Positions 1 to 9,962 of a stretch of DNA of 64,000 nucleotides are shown here, piece after piece. The position numbers were made by a program, and so were the translations under genes. The DNA lies in contig CABZJM010000001.1 in the NCBI GenBank assembly GCA_902526075.1, positions 2,829-66,828 of the forward strand, in the 5' to 3' direction. The stretch is from an uncultured Bacteroidota bacterium. GTDB taxonomy: Bacteria; Bacteroidota; Bacteroidia; Flavobacteriales; Flavobacteriaceae. Positions within the stretch are counted from its first letter, which is position 1. Every line of letters starts with the position of its first letter. The notes beneath the pieces were generated by a model that was not told the origin of the DNA, did no database searches, and saw nothing but the letters and a program-made list of their open reading frames with translations.

Positions 1-2003
1 AAAATATCTTCTCCAAGATTTATTCCTAAATCAAAACTACCTGCCTCAAGAAATACCGCAGAGTCTAGTGAAGCATCTGAGGCATCTGCAACTGCTAGCT
101 TTATGTGATAGGTTTCACCAATATTAACATTAGCCTGAGCTATGAAAGGTACAGTTCTACCATCATAACCAATATCTGGTTCGGATACAGGCGTATAACC
201 ATGAAAATATTCAGGATTGGCAGCATCACATTCAGAATTAGCAGGGTGAATATTGGTAATAGCTATTGGGATGTCAGTTTCTGGTAAAACCGCTAAATTA
301 GTTGTTATTCCATTTTGATCAGTCAGTAAAAAGGCAAAAACATCTGAATAATTACACTCATAGTTTCCCATATCATATTCTTCAGATGCCATTATGAACC
401 TGAAACTTAGTTTGTTTGATATTGGTACAAAATCAAACTCAATCACAGATGCATTATAAGTTTCATCTTCGATTAAACTATTAAGATCTGAATCTCCAGG
501 CCAATCAAAATCACCAGATGAAGCTCCTCCCATGGATTCATTAGGACCAGTAGCTAGTAGTGCATTACCAGATGATAAAATAATTCCTTCACTAAATGGA
601 AATCCACCGCTGGGCTCTAAAAAATGTGCAATTCCATTAACATCGCCGAAATCATTTCCGCTACTCCATGATATATTTGAAATATTTGCACATAAATTAT
701 TAATTAATACATCAGTCACCAATTCTTCAACTGTATAGCATTCCTGGTCTACGGTTACATTAGGTGTGACAATATCAGGAAATCCAGGTGTAATTACGGC
801 CTGTATTTCAATTCTGTTGTAGTTATCACATTCTCCGTTTTCAAAAGGTGACACCCAATATGAATAATTTCCTGCTTCTAAAGTTCCAGGTTCAAATGAA
901 GTTCCATAAAAAATAGAATCACCTCCATTTTCAGCCTCAAACCAATAAACCGAACCATCTTCATCATCTGATGATGCGTTCATTGATATATATGCACAAT
1001 CAACTCCAACAAATGGCTCAACTGTTACTGTTGGTGGTGCTGATAAGCTTGTACTTGATGAAAGGATTAATTCAGGATCACCAGGCATTCCTCCGTATTC
1101 CACAACATAACCTTTTGGTTGATATGGTCCACTGCTAGCTCCAGTATTTGTTAAATCATTCCAAGAGCCAATCAGTCCTATACTATCATCAGTGATATGT
1201 GCGTAGTCCTCATCTCCAGCTTGATTTGGTTCAGATGGGTCTGTATTCCAATTACTGTACATGCCAATCACCGGACCACCACCTGTCTCAGGGCCTTGAC
1301 CAACCCAAAAGGGTAGGCCCGCTCCACCATTTTCTAAACCCTCTGGACCGGTAACCCAATTCCATTCACCTTCGATTCCCTGATCACTGGCACCAATCCA
1401 TCCAGCGCCACCTGCCTGTTCTGCAGATATTTGATTTTCTTCATCTGAAAGTATTGTGACTAAGTATCCCTGAAGTCCATAGTAATTTGAATTTTCAGCT
1501 GCTTGCTGTGCCTGAATCCATGTTATTCCCGTTTGTTCAAAATAAACATAATAATGACTAGTGGAAGGTAAAAAGTTAGCATCACCAATTGTAAATGAGA
1601 AAGATTTATCAGATGGATTTGGATTACTTGAGAAGAAAACAACTTCATAAACCGCGTCAATGATATCAGTAATTAATAAATCCTCGTCTGCAAAACCTGC
1701 AATTTCAAGTTTTCCTTCTGTAACATTCCATGTTGTATTTAAATTAGGATTTGAACCGTTATATATTAATTGATCTTCACCCGGTGAATATCCTTCTGAA
1801 ATTTGAATGTATAATGCATCCAACGTAGTGTCATCAGGATCTTCAATATTAAAAGTGGTGACTATGTTTTGCTCGGTTTGTGGGCAATATACCGCATTAC
1901 CTTCAGATGAAATCACTGGCGGTAGATTATCTTGGGCTGATATGCTCCATACATTTAAAATAAAAAACAGGGAAAAAAATAATTTTTTGACAGTAATATG
2001 CAT
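1..2003 (-). CDS. Large secreted adhesin-like protein, 3' end cut by the window edge. Signal peptide, then a C-type lectin-like domain, then a choice-of-anchor L domain.
   Basis: The minus-strand frame is open from the ATG at 2003-2001 to position 1. I translated it by hand; it is missing from the ORF track because no stop lies in the window. The N-terminus MHITVKKLFFSLFFILNVWSISAQ looks like a signal peptide. YYGLQGYLVTILSDEENQ...GAGWIGASDQGIEGEWNWVTGPEG fits a C-type lectin fold. SEEYDMGNYECNYSDVFAFLLTD...DASLDSAVFLEAGSF fits choice-of-anchor L domains of Bacteroidota surface proteins. Confidence 0.7.
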   Translation of the reverse strand, partial: MHITVKKLFFSLFFILNVWSISAQDNLPPVISSEGNAVYCPQTEQNIVTTFNIEDPDDTTLDALYIQISEGYSPGEDQLIYNGSNPNLNTTWNVTEGKLEIAGFADEDLLITDIIDAVYEVVFFSSNPNPSDKSFSFTIGDANFLPSTSHYYVYFEQTGITWIQAQQAAENSNYYGLQGYLVTILSDEENQISAEQAGGAGWIGASDQGIEGEWNWVTGPEGLENGGAGLPFWVGQGPETGGGPVIGMYSNWNTDPSEPNQAGDEDYAHITDDSIGLIGSWNDLTNTGASSGPYQPKGYVVEYGGMPGDPELILSSSTSLSAPPTVTVEPFVGVDCAYISMNASSDDEDGSVYWFEAENGGDSIFYGTSFEPGTLEAGNYSYWVSPFENGECDNYNRIEIQAVITPGFPDIVTPNVTVDQECYTVEELVTDVLINNLCANISNISWSSGNDFGDVNGIAHFLEPSGGFPFSEGIILSSGNALLATGPNESMGGASSGDFDWPGDSDLNSLIEDETYNASVIEFDFVPISNKLSFRFIMASEEYDMGNYECNYSDVFAFLLTDQNGITTNLAVLPETDIPIAITNIHPANSECDAANPEYFHGYTPVSEPDIGYDGRTVPFIAQANVNIGETYHIKLAVADASDASLDSAVFLEAGSFDLGINLGEDI

Positions 2004-2076
2004 GCAGTGTTTTTACGCTTAGCAAATATATATTTTATTAGCTCTTTTTTAGTGAAAGAAATATTAAAATTTAAGA

Positions 2077-3168
2077 TTAATTATTTGAAATCATCTGAAA
2101 AATGCCTCTAGACAATTGGGCAAGAAAAGGAAAGCCAACAAGATCATAATCATAATTATCATCATTATAAATTTTATTAGAATTCACATCTATTGTTGCT
2201 GTAAGAATTATTGATATATCATCGTAAATTATGTATGCCGTATCAGTTAACTGACCATATGCAAAACCAACTTTATTATAAATTTCAAAGCTTTTTGAAA
2301 ACTCCAATTCTTTATCTCCGTAAATAAAAAACTTATTAAAGTAATAAGGGTAATCATTCTCATCATATCCAAATTCCTTTGGGTATCCAGACATGTATTC
2401 GAATACTAAGTCTTTTTGTGTCTGGGTTAAATTAAACCTGCGAGATTCCTCAAATTTTTCTGAAAAAAATAAAATCTTTATTATTTTGTGTAAATCATTG
2501 ATTGAAATAAAATTTTTTCCAGAAAAATTCATTGGCTCTTTTATCAGACTTCCTGCATGATTAATATAACCAATCCCTTTTTTCAACTCTTTTAAATTTA
2601 ATTTAGCTGGCTTAATACTTTTATTTTGAAATGAAATTATTGAGTCATTTAGAAAAAAATCAACTCTTTTTCCATTTAAGTTTGAAGAGTTTTTAGTTGA
2701 AAGTCTATGAAATATCCTAGATTCATTCAACCCTTTGGAGATAAACTTTTGGTTGATATAGTCTTGACCTAAGAATTCAAAAATTCTATTATTAGCTTGA
2801 TTATCACTAAGGACAAATATTTTTTCTAGCTCTCTTCTCATAGTAGTTTTTAAAGTATCATCCTCAAGCATAAATGGTGTGTCGATTGATAAATATTTAT
2901 TTTCATTTAATTTTTCAATAGCAAAAAGAGCGATTGGGAGTTTTACTGTACTAGCTGGATAGAAATATTTATCTGAATCTACGTTATATTCATATTCATC
3001 AAATTCTTTGTTTTTGTCAATGACAGTCAGTTTTATTTGGGTTTTGTTGTTCTTTAATATTTTTAAGATATCAGAATTTTTTTTAATAAATATTCTGGTG
3101 AATTTTGAATTTCCAGATGAATAACAACTTATAATTAGAAATAGAAGTGTGTAAACTAACTTTTTCAT
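2077..3168 (-). CDS. Class A beta-lactamase-related serine hydrolase, probable lipoprotein
   Basis: 363 aa ORF. The leader LLFLIISCYSS has a lipobox-like Cys. All three class A motifs are present in order: SxxK (ASTVK), SDN (VLSDNQ) and KxG (NKVGFAYG). Confidence 0.6.
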   Translation of the reverse strand: MKKLVYTLLFLIISCYSSGNSKFTRIFIKKNSDILKILKNNKTQIKLTVIDKNKEFDEYEYNVDSDKYFYPASTVKLPIALFAIEKLNENKYLSIDTPFMLEDDTLKTTMRRELEKIFVLSDNQANNRIFEFLGQDYINQKFISKGLNESRIFHRLSTKNSSNLNGKRVDFFLNDSIISFQNKSIKPAKLNLKELKKGIGYINHAGSLIKEPMNFSGKNFISINDLHKIIKILFFSEKFEESRRFNLTQTQKDLVFEYMSGYPKEFGYDENDYPYYFNKFFIYGDKELEFSKSFEIYNKVGFAYGQLTDTAYIIYDDISIILTATIDVNSNKIYNDDNYDYDLVGFPFLAQLSRGIFQMISNN

Positions 3169-3265
3169 TTGTTATAAATTTATTAATAATTTATTTGATA
3201 AATAATTATAATTTAACTCATCTAACATGCTATGTTTGTTAAATTTGTTTTTCAAACAAATCGAT

Positions 3266-4465
3266 ATGAACCTACACGAATTTCAAGCAAAAGAGATTTT
3301 AAGAGGATTTGGAGTTAGAATCCAAAAGGGATATGTTGCTTCATCACCAGAAGAAGCAGTTGAAGAGGCAAGAAAATTGAATAATGAAACTGGTACGGAT
3401 TTTTTTGTTATTAAGGCACAAGTACATGCTGGAGGAAGAGGTAAGGGTGGCGGAGTTAAGCTTGCCAAGTCAATTGATGAAGTTTATTCGATTTCGGACG
3501 AAATAATAGGAATGAATTTGGTGACCCCACAAACCAGTAAAGAAGGCAAGAAAGTTCATCAAGTTTTAATAGCGGAGGATGTTTATTACCCTGGAGATTC
3601 AGAGGTTGAGGAATATTACATTTCAGTTTTATTGAACAGATCTAGTGCAAAAAATATGATTATGTATTCCACTGAGGGAGGTATGGATATTGAGACAGTC
3701 GCTGAAAAAACACCTGAACTAATTCATACCCTTGATATTTGTCCAAAAGATGGTTTAACAAATGAAAATGCAAAAAAAATCGCTGATAATTTGAATTTAA
3801 GTGGGAATGCAAAACAGGAAATGATTTCTTTTGTCAAGGCATTGTATGATGCATATGATAAATCAGATTCTTCGCTTTTTGAAATTAATCCTGTAATTAA
3901 AACAAGTGACGATAAAATACTTGCCGTAGATGCCAAGGTAACAATAGACGATAATGCATTATTTAGACATAAAGACTATTTAGAAATGAGAGATATCAGG
4001 GAAGAAAACCCGATTGAAGTAGAAGCTAAGGAAGTTGGATTAAATTATGTTGACTTAGACGGAAATGTTGGCTGTATGGTAAATGGTGCGGGCCTAGCAA
4101 TGGCTACTATGGATTTAATTAGGCAAGCTGGTGGTGAACCAGCAAATTTTTTAGATGTTGGGGGTACTGCAGATAGCGAGAGAGTTGAAACAGCCTTCAG
4201 AATCATAATTAAAGATCCCAATGTAAAAGCAATTCTGGTTAATATTTTTGGGGGAATTGTAAGGTGTGATAGGGTAGCTAATGGTATCGTTGATGCATGT
4301 AAAAACATGAAAGGTGAAATTTCGGTTCCAATAATTGTAAGGCTTGAGGGCACAAATTCTGAAATTGCCAAAGAAATCATTGATTCATCAGGTTTGAATT
4401 TTTATAGTGCTGTTGAATTTAAGGAGGCAGCTGATAAAGTACAGAAAGTATTAGCTAGTGCTTGA
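3266..4465 (+). CDS. sucC: Succinate--CoA ligase (ADP-forming) beta subunit
   Basis: MNLHEFQAKEILRGFGV is the canonical SucC N-terminus, and an ATP-grasp motif (VIKAQVHAGGRGKGGGVK) is present. I start at the internal ATG 3266 rather than the track start 3227. Confidence 0.93.
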   Translation: MNLHEFQAKEILRGFGVRIQKGYVASSPEEAVEEARKLNNETGTDFFVIKAQVHAGGRGKGGGVKLAKSIDEVYSISDEIIGMNLVTPQTSKEGKKVHQVLIAEDVYYPGDSEVEEYYISVLLNRSSAKNMIMYSTEGGMDIETVAEKTPELIHTLDICPKDGLTNENAKKIADNLNLSGNAKQEMISFVKALYDAYDKSDSSLFEINPVIKTSDDKILAVDAKVTIDDNALFRHKDYLEMRDIREENPIEVEAKEVGLNYVDLDGNVGCMVNGAGLAMATMDLIRQAGGEPANFLDVGGTADSERVETAFRIIIKDPNVKAILVNIFGGIVRCDRVANGIVDACKNMKGEISVPIIVRLEGTNSEIAKEIIDSSGLNFYSAVEFKEAADKVQKVLASA

Positions 4466-6448
4466 CTTTAATTCCTTCATTTTTTTTATTTGGTCTCTAT
4501 AGAGTGCCGCTGATTTAAAGTCTAATTCTTTAGCAGATTTTTCCATTTCTTTTCTAAGTTCCCTAATTTTTTTATCAAATTCTTTCGCCTTGGTTGGGAT
4601 ATTAAAATCAATAATGGTTTCACTTATTTCATTGATATTATTTTTTAATAATCTTTTCGTCAATGGGTTTTCAGTGCTCTTGACAATTTGTCTTGGTATT
4701 ACTCCGTATTTTTTATTGTATTCAATTTGTTTGGACCTTCTGTAGTTAGTTTCATCAACTGTTTTCTTTATGCTATTTGTTATTTTATCAGCATACAAAA
4801 TAGCCACTCCATTGACATGTCTAGCTGCCCTTCCGATAGTTTGGGTTAATGATCTGTGAGATCTAAGAAAACCTTCTTTATCAGCATCCAAGACAGCTAC
4901 TAGTGAAACCTCGGGTAAATCTAACCCTTCTCTTAATAAATTTACACCTATTAGTACATCAAACTTATCCTCTCTTAACCCTTGCATTATTTCTACTCTC
5001 TCTATGGTATCCACATCTGAATGTATATATTTAGATCGAATATCAATTTTAGTTAAAAAACTAGTAAGTTCTTCAGCCATTTTTTTTGTCAGGGTTGTAA
5101 CCAATATTTTTTCCTTTTTTTCAATTCTTATTTGAATTTCATCAATCAAATCATCAATTTGGTGTTTTGTGGGTTTAATTTGAATTTTAGGATCCAATAA
5201 ACCAGTTGGTCTGATTATCTGCTCAGTAATTACTCCCTCACACATCTCTAATTCGTAGTCTGCTGGTGTGGCACTTACATATATTATTTCATTTTGTAGT
5301 GATTCAAATTCTTCAAATTTTAGGGGTCTATTATCCATTGCCGCTGGTAATCTAAATCCGTATTCAACAAGATTTTCCTTTCTACTACGATCACCTCCAT
5401 ACATAGCTCTAACCTGTGGGATTGTAACATGGCTTTCATCTATAATTGTTAGGTAATCTTCTGGGAAATAATCTAAAAGACAAAAAGGTCGAGTTCCAGG
5501 TTTTCTACCATCAAAATAACGAGAATAGTTTTCTATCCCCGAGCAGTATCCTAATTCTTTGATCATTTCCATATCAAATTCTGTTCTTTCCTTAATTCTA
5601 TTTGCCTCCAATGTATTGCCTAATTCGTTAAAGTAATCGTACTGTTTTACTAGGTCATCTTGAATTAATTTTATTATATCATGAATTTTATTTGGAGATG
5701 TGACAAAAATATTTGCAGGATAAATTGTTATTGATTTGTGTTTTGATATTATCTGATTTGTTGAGGGATCAAATTTTTCAATTTCTTCAATCTCGTCCCC
5801 AAAAAAATGAATTTTATATGCATGATCGGTGTGAGCAGGGAATATATCAATGGTATCCCCGATAATTCTAAATTTACCCTGTCTAAAATCATCAGCCATG
5901 GAGCGAGAGTATAGACTTTGAACAAACCTATTTAGAAGATTAGTTCTAGAATAGTCTTTCTCTAAAGCAACGTCTATTGTATTATCTTTAAACTCTTGAG
6001 GGTTCCCCATACCATATATACATGATACTGAGGCAACTATAAGTATATCTTTTCTACCAGAGAGAAGTGCTGAAGTTGCACTTAGTCTAAGTTTTTCAAT
6101 CTCATCATTAATTGATAAATCTTTTTCAATATAAACCCCAGATGTGGGGATATATGCTTCAGGTTGATAATAATCATAATATGAAACAAAATACTCAACA
6201 AGATTATCAGGAAAAAACCCTTTGAACTCAGAGTAAAGTTGTGCAGCTAGTGTTTTATTATGAGCCAGTACAAGTGTTGGCTTATTAAGTGTTCTTATAA
6301 CATTCGCTACAGTGAAGGTTTTACCCGAACCTGTTACACCTAATAAAGTTTGATGTTTATCCTTGTTTTTAATTCCATCAATGAGCGACTGAATTGCAGA
6401 TGGCTGATCGCCTGTGGGAATAAAGTCAGTAATTAGATTGAACTTCAT
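4451..6448 (-). CDS. uvrB: Excinuclease ABC subunit B
   Basis: 665 aa. Walker A GVTGSGKTFT, helicase motifs, and the C-terminal UVR motif (FKSAALYRDQIKKMKE). Confidence 0.95.
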   Translation of the reverse strand: MKFNLITDFIPTGDQPSAIQSLIDGIKNKDKHQTLLGVTGSGKTFTVANVIRTLNKPTLVLAHNKTLAAQLYSEFKGFFPDNLVEYFVSYYDYYQPEAYIPTSGVYIEKDLSINDEIEKLRLSATSALLSGRKDILIVASVSCIYGMGNPQEFKDNTIDVALEKDYSRTNLLNRFVQSLYSRSMADDFRQGKFRIIGDTIDIFPAHTDHAYKIHFFGDEIEEIEKFDPSTNQIISKHKSITIYPANIFVTSPNKIHDIIKLIQDDLVKQYDYFNELGNTLEANRIKERTEFDMEMIKELGYCSGIENYSRYFDGRKPGTRPFCLLDYFPEDYLTIIDESHVTIPQVRAMYGGDRSRKENLVEYGFRLPAAMDNRPLKFEEFESLQNEIIYVSATPADYELEMCEGVITEQIIRPTGLLDPKIQIKPTKHQIDDLIDEIQIRIEKKEKILVTTLTKKMAEELTSFLTKIDIRSKYIHSDVDTIERVEIMQGLREDKFDVLIGVNLLREGLDLPEVSLVAVLDADKEGFLRSHRSLTQTIGRAARHVNGVAILYADKITNSIKKTVDETNYRRSKQIEYNKKYGVIPRQIVKSTENPLTKRLLKNNINEISETIIDFNIPTKAKEFDKKIRELRKEMEKSAKELDFKSAALYRDQIKKMKELKSSTS

Positions 6449-6457
6449 TATATTGAA

Positions 6458-6925
6458 TTAATATAAATATTCATCCTCGTCTATATCTTCTTTTACTTTA
6501 TCCTCATCTGTGAATTTTTTTTCCGGCGCTTTTTCAGGAACATTTCCAACAGAAAATATTATTCTTGGATAAAGGATATTATTGACTTCTTGAGCCTCTT
6601 CAATGAGTTCTATATAGAACGTCCACATACTCATAAAATCATAGATATAAAGAAGTTTTGTGTTTTGGTTGTTTAGAATATTAGCTACTAAAATTGAATC
6701 CATTGAATCTATTGATTCGTCAAAATTCATTAAACTTATTTCATTTATTTGATTCCACTCTTCGTCAACAGTGTAGAATGATGCCATTTGATCAGCACTG
6801 AAATTAAATGAAAGTAATATAAGTTCATGCAAATCAGTTAGATTTGAATTTTTATCTATTTCAATATCCCTAAGAATATCTTCATTTGTATCATTGTCAA
6901 GAATTACCCTAAGTCTGTAAATCAT
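6458..6925 (-). CDS. Small acidic protein, possibly pRiA4b ORF-3-like (PRiA4_ORF3) fold
   Basis: 155 aa. The pattern MIYRLRVILD...LTDLHELILLSFNF...YIYDFMSMWTFYIELIE resembles the family pattern Y.LKV.L...LH..I...F.W...YDFGD.W.H. The C-terminus is acidic. It overlaps the ctaA-like gene by 17 nt. Assignment is from memory of the family pattern only. Confidence 0.4.
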   Translation of the reverse strand: MIYRLRVILDNDTNEDILRDIEIDKNSNLTDLHELILLSFNFSADQMASFYTVDEEWNQINEISLMNFDESIDSMDSILVANILNNQNTKLLYIYDFMSMWTFYIELIEEAQEVNNILYPRIIFSVGNVPEKAPEKKFTDEDKVKEDIDEDEYLY

Positions 6926-7949
6926 ATGCTTTTAATTTATTTTTTGTTAAAAAATTTTGAAGTAATATGTAAAATTGAAGTCCAAAAATTATACTTGCAA
7001 ATACTAAATGTGCAGTTTGGGTTCCAAACGGAAAATCAAAATAAAACATTGAAGCCCCCGTAAATATTTCGCATATAAGAAGCAGAATAACATAATTAAT
7101 ATACTTGTTTCCGAGTTGTAATTTTTTATTAATAAAAAATAAAGCCATGTTTACAGAAATAACCAATATTGAAAATGTTCTGTGATATTCGTAAACAAGT
7201 GGAATATCATTAAGCCACAAAGATTTATCATATGCAAATAATTTAGATTGTTCATCCACTACTTGTCTTACTTGCGTGCCCAAAACAATTTGGATTAAAG
7301 TAAGAAGCAATCCAAACAGTAATAAATATTTAAATGTCTTATTTCTATTAATATAACTTTTACTTCCAGAGTAGACAAGATAAATTAGTAGTGCAACTAT
7401 AAATAATGCCATTAACATATGAATAGTTATCTTATAACCTTCTAAATTTGAATCTACAACCGTTTTGCCAAGCCATGCCTGAAAACCCATTGCAACTAGT
7501 GTGATCATTGAAATCAATGTTAAATGCCTGAATTTTTTAAAATAAATAATCGAAATAAGAGTGAAAATAAGTATTGGGATACCTGATATTGCTCCAATTA
7601 GTCTATTAATGTATTCAATCCATGTGTGAAGAGGGTTAAATAATACATAATCGTGTTTTTCATATACTTCCCAATTATTTAAGTTTATAAAATCATCGCT
7701 ATTGAAGTCTGATTTTGCAACCAGTAATTCTTCCTCGTTGTATAAAATCATTTGACCCTTTGAGTAATCATAATTACTTTTAAATAATATTTGTGAAAGT
7801 TCTGTGGGAGGAATATAAAAACCAAAACATTTTGGCCAATCAGGGCAGCCCATTCCTGAACCAGTCATTCTAACAAATGCACCAGCGATTATTACTAAAT
7901 AAACAAGTAATAGAGCTAATTTTGTTAAGTTATTAAATTTACTTTTCAT
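6909..7949 (-). CDS. ctaA: COX15/CtaA-family heme A synthase
   Basis: 346 aa polytopic membrane protein with the signature RMTGSGMGCPDWPKCFG and conserved His in later helices. Confidence 0.8.
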   Translation of the reverse strand: MKSKFNNLTKLALLLVYLVIIAGAFVRMTGSGMGCPDWPKCFGFYIPPTELSQILFKSNYDYSKGQMILYNEEELLVAKSDFNSDDFINLNNWEVYEKHDYVLFNPLHTWIEYINRLIGAISGIPILIFTLISIIYFKKFRHLTLISMITLVAMGFQAWLGKTVVDSNLEGYKITIHMLMALFIVALLIYLVYSGSKSYINRNKTFKYLLLFGLLLTLIQIVLGTQVRQVVDEQSKLFAYDKSLWLNDIPLVYEYHRTFSILVISVNMALFFINKKLQLGNKYINYVILLLICEIFTGASMFYFDFPFGTQTAHLVFASIIFGLQFYILLQNFLTKNKLKAYDLQT

Positions 7950-9354
7950 GTGATAAACCTAACTTTCCCCCTTCTTCTAACATTAGTTTATAAGCATCCT
8001 CATAATTATTTGCAATAATTCCATCTAGAATTGCTTCTTTAATATTTTCTTTGATTATTCCGATTGTTTTACACGGTTTAAGATTAAAAGTACTCATGAT
8101 TTCAGCTCCGGAAATTGGTGGTTGGAAATTTCTAATATTATCTTTTTCTTCAACTGTTTGTATTTTTTCTCTTACAATTTTAAAATTGTCATGATATTTT
8201 TTAAATCTTTTTTTATTTTTTGTTGTTATATCGGCTTCACACAAAGTCATTAGGTCATCAACTGAATTACCAGCATCAAAAATCAATCTTCTTACAGCTG
8301 AATCAGTAACATTTTCCTGAGCTAAAACAATTGGCCTAGAACTCATAAGTACTAGCTTTTGGACATATTTCATCTTTTCGTTCAAAGGCATTTTTAATCT
8401 CTTAAACAATTTATATACCATTTTACTTCCCTCAAATTCGTGGCCATAAAAAGTCCAACCAATTTTTTTATTAAATATTTTTGTTGAAGCTTTTCCTATA
8501 TCGTGGAGTAGAGCAGCCCATCTTAGCCATAAGTTATCAGTGTTTAAACAAATATTATCAAGGACCTCTAGAGTGTGATAAAAATTGTCTTTGTGCTTTT
8601 GACCTTCAATTTCATCAATTCCTTTTAAACTTGTTAATTCTGGAATAGTTATTTCTAAAATTCCCGTTTGCTCTAATATTTTAAATCCCCTTGAGGGGGT
8701 TTTTGATAAAATAATTTTATTTATTTCATCTACAATTCTTTCATTTGTAACTATACTAATCCTATTTTTTTGATTAGTCATAGTTTTGACTAAATCATCG
8801 TGAATTTCAAAATCAAGTTGGCAAGCAAATCTTATTGCCCTTAACATTCTTAGCGGATCATCAGAAAATGTAATATTGGAATCTAGTGGAGTATTAATGA
8901 CTTTTTGTTTTAAATCTGTCAAGCCGCCATGTAAATCTATTATTTCTCCAAAGTTTCGATTATTAAGTGAAATTGCAATTGAATTAATTTTAAAATCTCT
9001 TCTATTTATATCATCTTCAAAACTCCCAGTTTCAATTATTGGGTTTCGACTATCACTTGCATAAGATTCTTTTCTGGAACCAACAAACTCTATTTCATAA
9101 TCGTTTAATTTAAAATAAGCAGTACCAAAATTTTTGAAAATTGTGACAGAAATTTTAGGATCAATTTGCTTGGCAATCTGTTTTGCAACAGTAATTCCAT
9201 CACCAATAACTAATATGTCGATATCTTTAGAGGGTCTTTTTAAGAAAAAGTCTCGTACAAAGCCTCCGACAACAAATGATTCTATATTATTAGCAGAGCA
9301 ATAATTTGAAATTTCATGAAATATTGAATTTGTTATGGCTTCCTGAAATACCAT
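7939..9354 (-). CDS. cca: CCA-adding tRNA nucleotidyltransferase / poly(A) polymerase-family protein with HD domain
   Basis: 471 aa. Nucleotidyltransferase head GGFVRDFFL...DIDILV, RRDFKINSIA, and an HD domain (LLHDIGK). Confidence 0.75.
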   Translation of the reverse strand: MVFQEAITNSIFHEISNYCSANNIESFVVGGFVRDFFLKRPSKDIDILVIGDGITVAKQIAKQIDPKISVTIFKNFGTAYFKLNDYEIEFVGSRKESYASDSRNPIIETGSFEDDINRRDFKINSIAISLNNRNFGEIIDLHGGLTDLKQKVINTPLDSNITFSDDPLRMLRAIRFACQLDFEIHDDLVKTMTNQKNRISIVTNERIVDEINKIILSKTPSRGFKILEQTGILEITIPELTSLKGIDEIEGQKHKDNFYHTLEVLDNICLNTDNLWLRWAALLHDIGKASTKIFNKKIGWTFYGHEFEGSKMVYKLFKRLKMPLNEKMKYVQKLVLMSSRPIVLAQENVTDSAVRRLIFDAGNSVDDLMTLCEADITTKNKKRFKKYHDNFKIVREKIQTVEEKDNIRNFQPPISGAEIMSTFNLKPCKTIGIIKENIKEAILDGIIANNYEDAYKLMLEEGGKLGLSHEK

Positions 9355-9356
9355 TT

Positions 9357-9926
9357 CTATCTGATTTTATAAAAACTTCCAAACTCATCTAACTTTAAAA
9401 CCGTTGATGGTTTAGTACACCAGTTATCTTTGGGTAAATTTACGATATAGTCAACTTGTTTTAAAATATCCTCATTAATTTCTTCAAAAGATAAAGGGAA
9501 TGCTTGCTTATGTATATTTGCTGAGGTTGAAATAAGCGGTTTTTTCATCAGAGTTAGTAAATCCATACAAAAACTGTTTTGAGGTACTCTAAATCCTACA
9601 GAACCATCCTCAGAAAGGATGTACTTACATAAATTTCTACCTTTGGGGTATATTACAGTTGTTGGCTTACTTGTACTTTCTAATATCTGACTAACCTCAT
9701 TTAATGAGCTATTTGTGTATTTTACAATCATATTGATATCTTTCACAAGGGAGAGCATGGGTGTTTTTAAACTTCTTTTTTTTAATTGATAAATTTTCTC
9801 AATAGCACTACAATTTGTTGCATCACATCCTAAACCCCAAACGGTATCTGTTGGATATAAAATAATCCCACCTTTTTCGATAAAATCATAAGCTTTGTGA
9901 GCTTCATTATTTATTATATTGCCCAT
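9357..9926 (-). CDS. tsaC: L-threonylcarbamoyladenylate synthase (Sua5/YrdC/YwlC family)
   Basis: 189 aa. GGIILYPTDTVWGLGCDA and LISTSAN motifs typical of YrdC-domain proteins. Confidence 0.85.
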   Translation of the reverse strand: MGNIINNEAHKAYDFIEKGGIILYPTDTVWGLGCDATNCSAIEKIYQLKKRSLKTPMLSLVKDINMIVKYTNSSLNEVSQILESTSKPTTVIYPKGRNLCKYILSEDGSVGFRVPQNSFCMDLLTLMKKPLISTSANIHKQAFPLSFEEINEDILKQVDYIVNLPKDNWCTKPSTVLKLDEFGSFYKIR

Positions 9927-9962
9927 TAATAAATATATTTACACCAAAAATATAAATACCTT

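Noticed and set aside
105-2022. Three plus-strand ORFs from the track: 105-287, 532-738 and 1807-2022.
   Set aside because: The whole interval is covered by one open minus-strand frame with coherent signal-peptide, lectin and choice-of-anchor L sequence. The plus-strand ORFs are short and featureless.
3243-3261. An 8-bp inverted repeat (atttgttt-ttc-aaacaaat) 5 nt upstream of the sucC ATG.
   Set aside because: It has only one G:C pair and a 3-nt loop, so it would be very weak as RNA structure. Chance is likely in DNA this AT-rich, and there is no second copy or accompanying motif.
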